A DNA stretch of 64,000 nt from Mustelus asterias (taxonomy: Eukaryota), in assembly GCF_964213995.1 (NCBI RefSeq), contig NW_027590189.1, forward strand, positions 682,001 through 746,000. The letters are read 5' to 3'. Of this stretch, positions 23,070 through 35,697 are shown piece by piece. The position numbers were made by a program, and so were the translations under genes. The notes below the pieces were generated by a model. It did not search any database. It had not been told where the DNA came from and saw only the letters and a list, made by a program, of their open reading frames with translations. Numbering within the stretch: the stretch's first letter is position 1; each line of letters opens with the position of its first letter.

Positions 23070-23930
23070 TATACAGATTTACAGATGCACCATAGCAAGC
23101 ATTCTTTCTGGTTGTACCACAGTTTGGTTTGGCTCCTGCTCTGCCCAAGACCGCAAAGAACTACAAAATGTCGTGAATATAGCCCAATCCATCACGCAAA
23201 CCAGCCTCCCATCCATTGACTCTGTCTACACTTCCAGCTGCCTCGGCGAAGCAGCCAGCATAATCAAGGACCCCACACACCCCGGACATTCTCTCTTCCA
23301 CCTTCTTCCATCGGGAAAAAGATACAAAAGTCTGAAGGCATGTACCATAAAAAGGCATTTCATAGAAACCCTACAGTGCAGAAAGGGGCCATTTGGCCCA
23401 TCAAGTCTGCACCGACCACAATCCCACCCAGGCCCTACCCCCATATCCCTACATATTTACCCACTAATCCCTCCAGCCTATGCATCTCAGGACTCTAAGG
23501 GGCAATTTTTATCATTGCCAATCAACCTAACCCACACATCTTTGGACTGTGGGAGGAAACCGGAGCACCTGGAGGAAACCCACGCAGACACGAGGAGAAT
23601 GTGCAAACTCCACACAGACAGTGACCCAAGCCGGGAATCGAACCCAGGTCCCTGGCGCTGTGAAGCAGCAGTGCTAACCACTGTGCTATCGTGCCGCCCG
23701 TGTCAAGCGACTCAAGAACAGCTTCTGTCCCTGCTGCTGTCAGACTTTTGAATGGACTTACCTTGCATTAAGTTGATCTTTCTCTACACCCTAGCTATGA
23801 CTGTAACACTACATTCTGCACTCTCTTGCTTCCTTCTCTATGAATGGTATGCTTTGTCTGTATAGTGCGCAAGAAACAATACTTTTCACTGTTTGTTAAT
23901 ATGTGCGACAATAATGAATCAAATCAAATT
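23070..23930 (+). mobile_element. Rex1/Babar LINE 3' portion with nested HE1
   Basis: SITQTSLPSIDSVYT..IIKDPTHPGHSLFHLLPSGKRYKSL; (tcaaa) tail. Confidence 0.85.
23360..23699 (-). mobile_element. HE1-type V-SINE
   Basis: Full-length reverse copy. Confidence 0.92.
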
Positions 23931-24559
23931 ATATGTTTGAATAAAGTCATCCTCACTCTTCTAAACTCCAAGGAATACAGACCCAGACTATTTAGCCTCT
24001 CTAGATAGGACAACTCTATTTGTCCTGACCTCGGTGTCCAGGACAGGAAGCAGTGAGCATGGATCTGTCATTCATCCTGAATCAGCACCATCAGGAGTGT
24101 TGGGTGGCTGAATGTTAGATCCGGCAGCGTGAGAATGGAGGGACAATGTGTGGGATGGAGATTTACAGATTTTCATTAATGACAGAGGAAAGGATGTTCC
24201 CATAGAAGCGAGAATTGTCTGTTCTGATTGTGATGCTTTTTGTAAATTGTTTTTACAGGATATCAGAAGAGGAGGAATCACAGACAGAAATCTCAAACGT
24301 CACATCTCAATCTGACAGAGTCACGGTCTGTCGGCTTCAAAAGATTTCAAACATCAGTGTGATTGGAAAAGCACCGAGACACACACACACCTGAGTGAGA
24401 GTGTTCCAGTGAACCAACTGTGGAAAGAGCTTTAACCAGTGACACAGCCTGAAGAAATATCACACCATTCACAAAAAAGAGCAACTGTACATGTGTTCTG
24501 TGTGTGGATGAAGCTTCAACTGATCGTCCAACCTGGAGAGGCACAAGGACACCAGCACC

Positions 24560-25657
24560 ATGGGGAAACCATGGAAATGTGGGGACTGTGGGAAGGAATT
24601 CCGGTTTTCGTCACAACTGGAAATCCATCAGCGCATTCACACTGGGGAGAAGCCATTTACCTGCCCTCAGTGTGGGAAGGGATTCACTCAGTCATCCCAC
24701 CTGCAGACACACCAGCGAGTTCACACTGGAGAGAGGCCATTCACGTGCGCTGAGTGTGGGAAGGGATTCACTCGGTTATCCTTCCTACAGTCCCACAAGA
24801 GAGTTCACACTGGAGAGAGACCACTCACCTGCTCTCAGTGTGGGGAGGGATTCACTCAGTCGTCCCACCTGCAGACTCACCGGCGAGTTCACACCGGGGA
24901 GAAACCGTTCACCTGCTCTCAGTGTGGGAAAGGATTCACTCAGTCATCCCACCTGCAGATACACCAGCGAGTTCACACTGGGGAGAGGCCATTCACCTGC
25001 TCTCAGTGTGGGAAGCAATTCCGTGATTCATCCCACCTGCGGAGACACCGGCGAGTTCACAGCGGGGAGAGGCCGTTCACCTGCTCTGTGTGTGGGAAGG
25101 CATTCACTGATCCATCAACCCTGCAGAGACACCAGCAAGTTCATACTGGGCAGAAGCCATTTATCTGCTCCCAGTGTGGGAAGAGATTCCCTCTCTCATC
25201 CCAGCTGCTGACACACCAGAGAGTTCATACTGGGGAGAGGCCATTCACTTGCTCTGTGTGTGGGAAGGGATTCACCATGTCAGCCAATCTATTGAGACAT
25301 CAGCGAGTTCACACTAGGGAGAGGCCATTCACCTGCTCTCAGTGTGGGAAGGGATTCAGTGATTCATCCGCTCTGCAAATACACCAGCGCATTCACACTG
25401 GGGAGAGACCATTCACCTGCTTTCAATGTGGGAAGGGATTCACTCAGTTATCCAACCTGCAGATACACCAGCGAATCCACACTGGGGAGAGACCATTCAC
25501 CTGCTCTCACTGTGGGAAGGTCTTCTCTTGGCTTTTCAAACTGCAGACACACCAGCAAATCCACACTGGAGAGAAACCGTTCACCTGCTCTCAATGTGGG
25601 AAGATATTCAGTGATTCATCCTCCCTGCGGAAACACTGGCGAGTTCACACAGAGTAG
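24560..25657 (+). CDS. C2H2 zinc-finger protein ZNF-E, 13 fingers (a decayed 14th follows the TAG)
   Basis: Kozak ACCATGG; intact 365-aa array; acceptor ttttacag|G at 24258. Confidence 0.9.
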   Translation: MGKPWKCGDCGKEFRFSSQLEIHQRIHTGEKPFTCPQCGKGFTQSSHLQTHQRVHTGERPFTCAECGKGFTRLSFLQSHKRVHTGERPLTCSQCGEGFTQSSHLQTHRRVHTGEKPFTCSQCGKGFTQSSHLQIHQRVHTGERPFTCSQCGKQFRDSSHLRRHRRVHSGERPFTCSVCGKAFTDPSTLQRHQQVHTGQKPFICSQCGKRFPLSSQLLTHQRVHTGERPFTCSVCGKGFTMSANLLRHQRVHTRERPFTCSQCGKGFSDSSALQIHQRIHTGERPFTCFQCGKGFTQLSNLQIHQRIHTGERPFTCSHCGKVFSWLFKLQTHQQIHTGEKPFTCSQCGKIFSDSSSLRKHWRVHTE

Positions 25658-26242
25658 GGGTCGTTCACCTGCTCTCAACGTGGGAATGGAATTGCTTACT
25701 CATTCCATCTGCTGAGACACCAGCGAGTTCACAAGTGATTCCAGGGTTTGGATTCTGCTGTTATTGTTTCTGCTCTCACTTATGTCCAGGACTGCATTTT
25801 GTTTATTCTCTCAGTTGGTCAATGGGGAGAGTCAGAGGGTTTCTTGATGCTGGACTGGCCGGTCTCAGCCTCCAGTGGGCTGATGCTCTTTGAGCCTGGA
25901 AGAGCACATTTCTTGTCTTCAAATTTCACAAGGATCACAAGAGTGAAGCACGTTTGTCAGTTCAAAGATATTTCATTCGTAATTCTGTTTGGAACCCCAC
26001 TGAAGTATGTGACATTTCCATGGAGATGGGCTGTGGTACTTATATGGTTCTTTTGTTTAATTTATCTGGGTGTTTCTCACAGAAGAGAACTAAAATATGA
26101 GATCCTGTATCTGAGATGGATTGGGAAACTGCATCAAAAGGTATAATGGGAGATAGGCAATAGCTAATATTTCAGGGATTATTATATGTTGACAAGAGTT
26201 AGCTCAGTTGGCTGGATGGCTTGTTTGTGGAGTGGAGGTTCA

Positions 26243-26643
26243 CGGCAGTGCAGAGTCGCTGAGCAGAGACTGATAGCCAGGTTCCGCACACATGAGGACG
26301 GCCTCAACCAGGATATTGGGTTCATGTCACACTATCTGTAACCCCCACAACTTGCCTGGATGTGCAAAATCTCACTGGCTGTCCTGTCTGGAGACAATAC
26401 ACATCTCTTTAACCTGTGCTTAATGCTCCCTCCACTCACATTGTCTGTACCTTTAAGGCTTGATTAGTTGTAAAGACTCGCATTCCAATTATTATTCATG
26501 TAAATTGAGTTTGTGTCTTTGTGCCCTGTTTGTGATCAGAACTCCCACCCACCTGATGAAGGAACAGCCTGTTCCGAAAGCTAGTGGCTTTTGCTACCAA
26601 ATAAACCTGTTGGACTTTAACCTGGTGTTGTGAGACTTCTTAA
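26243..26643 (+). mobile_element. Penelope-like element 3' fragment (GIY-YIG C-terminus + 3' UTR)
   Basis: 26243-26341 = RQCRVAEQRLIARFRTHEDGLNQDIGFMSHYL*, with the E..I..F.T...GLN signature; UTR matches 54298-54573. Confidence 0.85.
26549..26587 (+). ncRNA. Minimal type I hammerhead ribozyme motif
   Basis: CCAC-CUGAUGA-A-GGAACA(GCC)UGUUCC-GAAA-GCUA-GUGG; stems I and II fully paired. Confidence 0.82.
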
Positions 26644-26689
26644 CAATAATCAGCAAGTCAGCCTGAGTCTGTGGCCACTCTCACCATCT

Positions 26690-27265
26690 GAAATCGTCAC
26701 AATGTCTGGCTGATTGACGGCAGCTTCGGACCAATAGAGAGAGAGGGGAGGGGAGGGGCGGGAAGACCGCGCGGGAGCGGCTGGTCCTCCAAGCAATGGG
26801 AGTGAATGAGGGGCGGGGCCGGGAGTGAATGAGGGGCGGGGCCGGGCTGGGAGTGAAGCATGCGCAGTGTGGTTAATGGCGGTTGGCGAGGTGATTGTTA
26901 TGATCCACAATATCTAGGACAAAATAGTGGATGGGAGGGAGCGATGGATCCAGCTACCGGGCGGAGATGTTTCCTAAACATGTTGTGTAACCGCAATCCT
27001 CGAAAAAGAGCTTCCAGGTTCCTCCAGCTGCACTGAGTGGGTCTCCAGCTCCGAGTGATCGGTCCGGGTTAACGGCCGCCATCTTTATTGGGGCCAATGT
27101 GCAACGGGGATAATGTGGAACAGGGCTGCAACGTGGCCGCCATCTTTGTAGGGGGCAAGTTGTCGAGTGGGTGGAGCTTGTTTCCCATTGTTCAGAATGG
27201 AGACAACTTGTCCATCAAATTGCATCAATCCTCTGAGTCCCAATGTCTTATTGATGAGGCAGAGC
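26690..27265 (+). promoter_or_regulatory. CpG-rich promoter module (probably for ZNF-F at 33767)
   Basis: CCAAT, several GGGGCGGGG, NRF1-like site, two YY1 GCCGCCATCTT; homologous to 44330-44895 upstream of the paralog ZNF-H. Confidence 0.72.
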
Positions 27266-27852
27266 GGTGGCAGAGAAGGAAAGAAAAATAAATCCTGCTC
27301 TCCAGATCCCACTGTCTCATGGGATGTCCTTCCCCATGTGTCTAAAGATCTGCAAGTCTGCTACCAGTCACACCTTGGCAATGAACGAGGCATGAGCTGT
27401 GGGATGTGTCCTGATCACAGACCCAGGTTATTGACCACCAACTTTCACTGGGCAAAGTGCAGAAGGGCATGTGGGCAGTGCTCCCTGTCAGCAGAAGAGA
27501 ATATGGTGAATTTCCATCCCGGACTGACGGTGATGGATTTTGGAAACTCCTTTTACAGGGAGTAAGAAGGGGAGAATTTACACCCAGCAAAACTAATACC
27601 AAGAAAAATGTTTGTCTCTTCTGAATTGCATTTCTGAACTGACAGTGCTGGGATTTGTAAATTTCTTTTACAGGATATTGGAAGAGGATTTATGGAAAGG
27701 TCATCAATATCTGAGAGCGCCATTCGATTAACAGCACCTGGATGTTATCGGTCTTTGAGTGGAAGCATCGGGTTCCAGGTTATTACCACTCACTGCGTAA
27801 AATTTCTTCCTCATATCCCCCGGTAGATCTTTTTCAAAATCTTCAATCTGTG

Positions 27853-28045
27853 TCATAGAAATCATAGAAACCCTGCAGTACAGAAAGAGGCCATTCGGCC
27901 CATCGAGTCTGCACCAACCACAATCCCACCCAGGCCCTACCCCCATATCCCTACATATTTTACCCACTAATCCCTCTAACCTACACATCTCAGGACACTA
28001 AGAGGCAATTTAAGCATGGCCAATCAACCTAACCCGCGCATCTTT
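27853..28045 (-). mobile_element. HE1 SINE 3' half
   Basis: Matches the 3' part of the other HE1 copies. Confidence 0.85.
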
Positions 28046-29479
28046 GTCGTGTAATGGGAATAGTTAAACTTTATCTACCTTATCTAAACCTATCATAAAT
28101 TTGTACACCTCTGCCAAATCTTGCCTCAATCTCCTTTGCTCCAAGGAGAATAACGCCAGTTTCTCCAGCCTAACATTGTAATTATAATCCCTGGATTCAT
28201 TCAGGTCAATCTCCTCTGCACCCTCTTAAGGAGCCTCACATCCTCCATAATGTGTGGTGATCACTGGTTTGCACAGACCCAGATGTTCTGTGTACCTCCT
28301 TGTGATCTCATCACACACCCACAATTCCACAGTGACATCAGCCCCACTCCCCAGGTATTTCCTCAACTGGGAGACTTTTCTCTGACTCCAGTGTTTCTGA
28401 TATCTTTCCAGCTGCAGGTCCCAACAGAAGAGTTTAAATTTATAACAGTGAAATTGTTTCACAGATGTATGTTTGTGACCATTGTTCTTCAATTGAGAGT
28501 TGTTCGTGCTGAGCTTTGTTCTCTGTGAGAGGTTCCATGTCTTTGTGGCTGGTCTGACTCCTTTACTGTGGATCTGACTCCATGTGCATTCATTGCTCTG
28601 TTTCACCTCTGCTTTCCCTGATCATCTCTCGGCCAGTGTCTAACTCCTCTCTCGAATAATGGGTGTATTTCAGCTGTGTTCAGTATTTCACTGTCACTTC
28701 TGCCAGTTGTGTCTAAAGAAGGTTCCCAATTGTAATGAATGATGCGCTGCTGGCTTACCAGCTTCCCACAGTATCGTGAATAGTCAGGAATTGTTTTTCC
28801 TGTGTTCTCGTCCACTTCTCCTATTTCTGAGGTTACATTACATTTGGCACCATTTTTATTCCACATAGTTCATTCTGCACACCCTGGATCATTGATTCTG
28901 TCTTTCTCACCCCAGCTACTGCCTGACCTGCTGAATATTTCCAATATTAGCTCTTTTTAGTTCAGATTTCCAGCAGCATCAGTATTGGGCTTTTATTTTA
29001 TTGCAGACATTTCTGAGTCTAGTAATTGAGAGGAACTACTTAAGAACTAATCTATATCAGGGTGGACCCTTGCCTCCAGTGCAGGTCCTTTTTCATTGAT
29101 TCATAGCATCACAGAATGATTACAATACAAGTGCTGTCCTTTAGCATGTTGCACCCTTGTGGCTCTCTGCAAGGACAAGGCAGTTAGACCCATTCTCCTG
29201 CCTTTTCCTCACAACCCAGCATTTTCTTTCTCTCCGGGGTCTTGTCCAGTTCCCTTTTCCTTGTTGTATCAGTTGGAGCTGGAATGGAGATATAGGAGAA
29301 GCGGTTGGGTTTAACCGCAAAAACTTATGAACTCAGTCGGATCCAGCAATTTCCAATGTGAAATTGTCAGGAGAGTTAGATTCTAGGGAGATCAGGTTGT
29401 GAAACAATCACTATCTGTACAAAGGAAAAGGATATTGTTAGAGGAACAGGTATTTCTGCAGATGTGATTTTTCTGTTTC

Positions 29480-30670
29480 ACACATACGTTGACGAAGGGA
29501 AGGCGGTAGATGTGGTTTATATGGATTTTAGCAAGGCGTTCGATAAGGTCCCCCATGCAAGGCTTCGAGAAAAAGTGAGAGGGCATGGGATCCAAGGGGC
29601 TGCTGCCCTGTGGATCCAGAACTGGCTTGCCCAAAGGAGGCAGAGAGTGGGTATAGATGGGTCTTTTTCTAAATGGAGGTCGGTCACCAGTGGTGTGCCC
29701 CAGGGATCTGTTCTGGGACCCTTGCTGTTTGTCATTTTCATAAATGACCTGGATGAGGAAGTAGAGGGGTGGGTTGGTAAGTTTGCCGACGACACGAAGG
29801 TTGGTGGGGTTGTGGATAGTCTGGAGGGATGTCAGAAGTTACAGAGGGACATAGATAGGATGCAAGACTGGACGGAGAAGTGGCAGATGGACTTCAACCC
29901 AGATAAATGCGTAGTGGTCCATTTTGGCAGGTCAAATGGGATGAAGGAGTACAATATAAAGGGAAAGACTCTTAGTACCGTAGAGGATCAGAAGGACCTT
30001 GGGGTCCGGGTCCATAGGACTCTAAAATCGGCCCCGCAGGTGGAGGAGGTGGTTAAGAAGGCATATGGTGTGCTGGCCTTTATCAATCGAGGGATTGAGT
30101 TTAGGAGTCCGGGGATAATGATGCAGCTATATAAGACCCTCGTCAGACCCCACTTGGAGTACTGTGCTCAGTTCTGGTTGCCTCACTACAGGAAGGATGT
30201 GGAAAAGGTTGAAAGGGTGCAGAGGAGATTTACAAGGATGTTGCCTGGATTGAGTGGCATGCCTTATGAGGATAGGCTGAGGGAGCTCGGTCTTTTCTTC
30301 TTGGAGAGACGTAGGATGAGAGGAGACCTCATAGAGGTATATAAGATGTTGAGAGGCATAGATCGGGTGGACTCTTAGAGGCTATTTCCCAGGGTGGAAA
30401 TGGCTGCTACGAGAGGACACAGGTTTAAGGTGCTGGTGGGTAGGTACAGGGGAAATGTTCGGGGGTGGTGGGCGAGTGGAATCGGCTGCCGTCAGCGGTG
30501 GTGGAGGCAAACTCAATAGGGTCTTTTAAGAGACCCCTGGATGAGTACATGGGACTTAATAGGATGGAGGGTTATAGGTAAGCCTAAAAGGTAGGGATAT
30601 GTTCGGCACAACTTGTGGGGTCGAAGGGCCTGTTTTGTGCTGTAGTTTTTCTATGTTTCTATTTCTATAT
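29480..30670 (+). mobile_element. CR1/HER1-like LINE, 5'-truncated, young
   Basis: ORF 29464..30378 with [19 protein letters not shown] and KFADD; (tttctat) tail. Confidence 0.95.
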
Positions 30671-30992
30671 GTTTAAAAGACCAGCAGCAAATACTCCCCT
30701 CTCCAGTTACATGTGGAGAAGATTAATTTTGATGTTCTTGAACCGTTGCAGTCTGTGTGGTGAAGGTGCTGCCACAATGCTGTTAGATAAGGAGATACAG
30801 ATTATTCACCCAGTGACGATGAAGGAACAGTGAAATATCTCCAAATTAGTAATAACAACATGTATTGGACAGCACTTTTTTTTTGTGCAATGGAACATTT
30901 CAGGGTATTTCACAGAGTTCTATGAGGCAACATTTGACACAGTCATATAAAGAGTTATGAGGACAGATGGTTGAGGTTTGATTTGAGGTTTT

Positions 30993-31946
30993 GAGGAGAT
31001 AACTGGTGTGATTAGTAAGTTTGCAGACTACACAAAGTTTGATGGATTTGCGGATAGCGATGAGGACCATCAGAGGATACAGCAGGATATAGATCAGTTG
31101 GAGACTTGGGTGGAGAGTTGGCAAATGGCGTTTAGTCCTGACAAATGTGAGGTAATGCATTTTGGAAGGTCTAATACAGATAGGAAATGTACAGTAAATG
31201 GCAGAACCCTTAAGAGTATTCATAGGCAGAGGGATCTGGGTGTATAGATACACAGGTCATTGAAAGTGGCAACGCAGATGGAAAAGGTAGTCAAGAAGGC
31301 ATACGGCATGCTTGCCTTCATCGGCCGGGGCATTGAGTTTAAAAATTGGCAAATCATGTTGCAGCTTTATCGAACCTTAGTTAGGCTGCACTTGGAATAT
31401 AGTGTTCAATTCTGGTCGCCACACTACCAGAAGGATGTGGGTGCTTTGGAGAGGGTACAGAAAAGATTTACCAGGATGTTGCCTGGTGTGGAGGGCATTA
31501 GCTATGAGGAGAGGTTGGAGAAACTTGGTTTGTTCTCACTAGAACGATGGAGGTTGAGGGGCGACCTGATAGAAGTCTACAAGATTATGAGGGGCATGGA
31601 CAGAGTGGATAGTCAGAAGCTTTTTCCCAGGGTGGAAGAGTCAATTACAAGGGGGCGTAGGTTTAAGGTGCGAGGGGCAAGGTTTAAAGGAGATGCATGA
31701 GGCAAATTTTTTTTTTTAGACAGAGGGTGTTGGGTGCCTGGAACTTGCTGCTGGGGGAGGTAGTGGAAGCAGATACAATCATGACTTTTAAGGGCATCTT
31801 GACAAATACATGAATGAGATGGGAATAGAGGGATACGGTCCCAGAAGGGTCGGGGGTTTTAGTTCAGTCGGGCAGCATGGTCGCTGCAGCCTTGGAGGGC
31901 CGAAGGGCCTGTTCCTGTGCTGTAATTTTCTTTCTTCTTTGTTCTT
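30993..31946 (+). mobile_element. CR1 LINE 3' portion
   Basis: ORFs 31008..31247 and 31260..31700; same subfamily as 58737-59815. Confidence 0.92.
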
Positions 31947-32112
31947 TGAGAATCTTATAGGAGGAAGGTGAGGGAGAGATGCGGGAGAGGTTTAGGAAGG
32001 AAATTTCACAGCTTGTGGGCTTGGCAGCTGAAGATGCAGCCTCCAAAGGTCAAACAGTTAAAATAAGGAATGGTCAGGGAAAGAAGAGTAGAGATCTCCA
32101 AAGATCCAACTC

Positions 32113-32285
32113 CACAGATGTGCAGGTTAGGTGGATTGGCCATGCTAAATTGCCCCTTAGTGTCAGGGGGATTAGCAGGGTAAATATGTGGGGTTATGGG
32201 GATAGAGCCTGGGTGGAATTGTTGTCAGTGCAGGATCAGTGGGCCAAATGGCCTCCTTCCACATTTAGGAATTCGATGATTCTAT
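32113..32285 (+). mobile_element. HE1 SINE 3' half
   Basis: gatgtgcaggttaggtggattggccatgctaaattgcccc. Confidence 0.8.
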
Positions 32286-32409
32286 CTCTGAGTTTTGAGA
32301 GTCTCGAGGAGATTACAGAGATCGGTAGGAGCCATGGAAGAATTTTAAAATAAGCTTGAGAATTTAAAAAGAAATAGCTTGTTTATTGATCTGGAACCTT
32401 TGTAGGTCA

Positions 32410-32825
32410 TGATTTTTGATTTGATTTATTATTGTCACATGTATTAACATACAGTGAAAAATATTGTTTCTTGCGTGCTATACAAAGCTATACAAATAGA
32501 GAAGGAAACAAGAGAGTGCAGAATGTCGTGTTACAGTCATAGCTAGAGTGGAGAGAAAGATCAACTTAATGCGAGGTAGGTCCATTCAAAAGTCTGACAG
32601 CAGCAGGGAAGAAGCTGTTCTTGAGTTGGTTGGTACGTGACCTCAGACTTTTGTATCTTTTTCCCAAAGGAAGAAGGTGGAAGAGAGAATGTCTGGGTTG
32701 CGTGGGATCCTTAATTATGCTGGTTGCTCTGCCAAGGCAGCGAGAAGTGTAGACAGAGTCAATGGATGGGAGGCTGGGTTGTGTGATGGATTGGGCTACA
32801 TTCACAACCTTTTGTAGTTCCTTTT
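32410..32825 (-). mobile_element. Rex1/Babar LINE 3' end
   Basis: ORF 32566..32904 C-terminus (KNSFFPAAVRLLN); (tttga) tail. Confidence 0.85.
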
Positions 32826-33766
32826 GTAGTGCGCACAGGGGTGATGGGTGAACAAGACTTGATGTGAGTAAGCACATGGGCAGCAGAGGTTTGGATGAGC
32901 TCAAGTTTACAGAGAGGTTGAATGTGGGAGGCCGGCTGGGAGTGCGTTTGGATAATTACATCTAGAGGTGACAAAGGAAAGAATGATTGTTTCAGTCGCA
33001 GGTAAGCTGAGACTGGGGTGGAGTCAATGACGTCAGTGACGTGGAAATAGACGCTCTGGGTGATGTTGATATGTGGTTGGAAGCTCGTCTCAGTTACACA
33101 AAATACTCCCTGGCTGTGAACAGTCTGGTTGAGCCTCAGACTGTTACCAGTGGGAGGGATGGAGTCCATGTCCAGGGGATGGAGTTTGTAGAAGAGACTG
33201 AAGGCAATGGCTTTGTACTTCCTAATATGCAAGTGGATTGTCAGACAAGTCAGTGCAGTGTATGTGTTGGAGAACTTGCAGGTGATAGTGTTCACATAAT
33301 CCCGCTGCCCTGGTCCTTTGAGGTGAGGAGGTTCAATGTTTAATGGTTCGGTCAAAGTTCTGGCTGAGTGGTTTATGTATAAAATCCCTCTTCTTTGCCT
33401 CCTGCCTCTCCACTTCTCTCTTCCTCCCTCTCTCCCTCCTTCTCCTCCCTCAGAGGCCAAAGTCTTGTCCAGACTGGTAGGTTCCCTTCCCTGTAGGACA
33501 TTAGTGAATCAGTTGGGTTTTTATGACAATACAGCAGTTTTCATGGTCACTTTTTCTTAGTGCTGGCCCCAGATTCATTCAGCTCAATTTCACAACCTGC
33601 CTTTGTGTTTTGGGGGTTCTCTCTCACTTCCTTTTTTCTGTTTTAAATCAATTTTGCAGAGTAACAGAAGGGAAGGTTTGCAGTCATGGAACAGGAAACT
33701 AAACATCACATCAAAATCTGAGAGTCAATTATTTTATCGTACCCTGAATATCATTGGATTTTAATC

Positions 33767-34636
33767 ATGGAAGGAAAACGCCCTGTTCACAGCGGAGAGA
33801 AACTATACACATGTTCTGTGTGTGCACGAGACTTCAACCAACCATCTGCCCTGTCAGAACATCAATGTCACCACACTGAGGAGAAGCCGTGGAAATGTGG
33901 GGACTGTGGGAAGGGATTCGATTACCCATCCCAGTTGGAAATTCATCATCGCAGTCACACCGGGGAGAAACCATTCACCTGCTCGGACTGCGGGAAGGGA
34001 TTTACTAAATCTTCCACCCTGCTGACACACCGGCGCACTCACACTGGGGAGAGACCATTCACCTGCTCCGATTGTGGGAAAGGATTCACTCAGTCATCCA
34101 ACCTGCTGACCCACCAGCGAGTTCACACCGGCAAGAGACCATTCATCTGCTCAGTGTGTGGGAAGGGATTCACTTTTTCAGCCAACCTGATGACACACCA
34201 ACAAGTTCACACTGACGTGAGACCTTTTAAATGCCCAGACTGTGGGAAATCTTTTAAAACTTCTCAGGAACTTATGTACCATCAACGTCTTCACACTGAG
34301 GAGAGGCCGTTCAGGTGCTCACACTGTGGGACTGGGTTCAGACGTTTGTCACATCTCACTGTACACCGACGCACTCACAGTGGAGAGAAACCATTCACCT
34401 GTTCAGAGTGTGGGGAGGGATTCACTCAGTCATCCACTCTGCTTAGACACCAGCGAGTTCACACTGGGGAGAGACCATTCACCTGCTCCAAGTGTGGGAA
34501 GAGATTCACTCAGTCATCCACTCTTCATCGACACCAGCGAGTTCACACTGGGGAGAGGCTGTTCATCTGCTCCAAGTGTGGAGAGGGATTCACTAAGTTT
34601 CCCAACCTACTGATGCACCAACAGGTTCACAAGTAA
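33767..34636 (+). CDS. C2H2 zinc-finger protein ZNF-F, 10 fingers
   Basis: Intact 289-aa ATG-initiated ORF. Confidence 0.92.
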   Translation: MEGKRPVHSGEKLYTCSVCARDFNQPSALSEHQCHHTEEKPWKCGDCGKGFDYPSQLEIHHRSHTGEKPFTCSDCGKGFTKSSTLLTHRRTHTGERPFTCSDCGKGFTQSSNLLTHQRVHTGKRPFICSVCGKGFTFSANLMTHQQVHTDVRPFKCPDCGKSFKTSQELMYHQRLHTEERPFRCSHCGTGFRRLSHLTVHRRTHSGEKPFTCSECGEGFTQSSTLLRHQRVHTGERPFTCSKCGKRFTQSSTLHRHQRVHTGERLFICSKCGEGFTKFPNLLMHQQVHK

Positions 34637-34869
34637 CTAAAGAGATTGGATCTTACTGTTAATCGCATCCAGGCCTGAACCATGTTCATTGGGGTCTGTT
34701 GCTGCTGATGTTCATAAACTCCTATCCAGTTATAATAGATAGTATTCTGGATTCAAAATACAATTAAATTAGATTCATGTTAATCAAACAGTGGCCAGTT
34801 TTTAAAAAATATCTCTAACACAATTCAAATTCTTTTGAAGGGCTCTCCCTCTCCCTCTCCCCTGTCTCC

Positions 34870-35690
34870 TGCGTCCTCACCTCCAACAACTGAGAAGAGC
34901 TCAGGAGGTTCTTTGACACAAACATTGAGACAATCTGATCAGCTGCTTCCTCCCTTCCACTGGACCACCAGGGTAAACTGTTTTTGTCCAAGTTCTGAAC
35001 TCATATCTTATCTCCCTTTGATCCTAATCTCACTAACCTGCAGAACAACCAACTTCCCCATGTCAAAAACTCTCTCTCTCTCTCTTGCTCTCTCTCCCCC
35101 TCTAGCTCACCCACTGTCGCTCCTTCATTATTTATTGTTGTCTTTCCTCCTGTTTATCTCAGAGTATTGCCATCTGTGTTTCTCTCCCCATCTCTCGCTC
35201 AGTCTTTATCTCCATATCCGCCTTTGTGTTTCTCCCAACCTCTCTATCTTACATACAGGTTTGAAAAATAAATCCCTATTCTCTTCTGGCACTGTCTCTC
35301 TTACCTTTAAATCCACCATTATCAAATCTTTTCACTGCACCATCTTTGCAAATTATTGCCCCATCTCCAACCTCCCTTTCCTCTCCAAACCCCCTGAACT
35401 CGGTGTCCCCCAAGGATCTATCCTTGGCCCCTCCTATTTCTCATCTACATGCTGCCACTGGGTGACATCATCCAAAAGCATCGTGTTAGTTTTGACATGT
35501 ACACTGACAACACCCAGCTCTACCTCAGCCCCATCCCTCTCCATTCCTCCACTGTTACTAAATTATCAAACTGCTCATCCCACATCCAGTACTGGATGAG
35601 TAGAAATTTCCTGCAGTTAAAATTCAGGAAGACCAAAGCCATTGTCTTCAGTCACCACGACAAATTCCGTTACCTAACTGCCCAGTGTAT
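34870..35690 (+). mobile_element. Degraded L2 LINE
   Basis: [27 protein letters not shown]; homologous piece at 46790-47303. Confidence 0.75.
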
Positions 35691-35697
35691 GTGGTCA

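Noticed and set aside
24360-24523. Selenocysteine recoding of in-frame TGAs upstream of and within ZNFs
   Set aside because: Most TGAs replace Arg/Leu rather than Cys, are accompanied by frameshifts and TAA/TCA variants in paralogs, and no convincing SECIS was seen.
28250-28900. Possible LTR/internal fragment
   Set aside because: No clear termini, TSD or protein motif could be supported.
29464-30378. RT ORFs as host genes or active elements
   Set aside because: All LINE copies are 5'-truncated, lack the endonuclease and ORF1, and most have stops or frameshifts.
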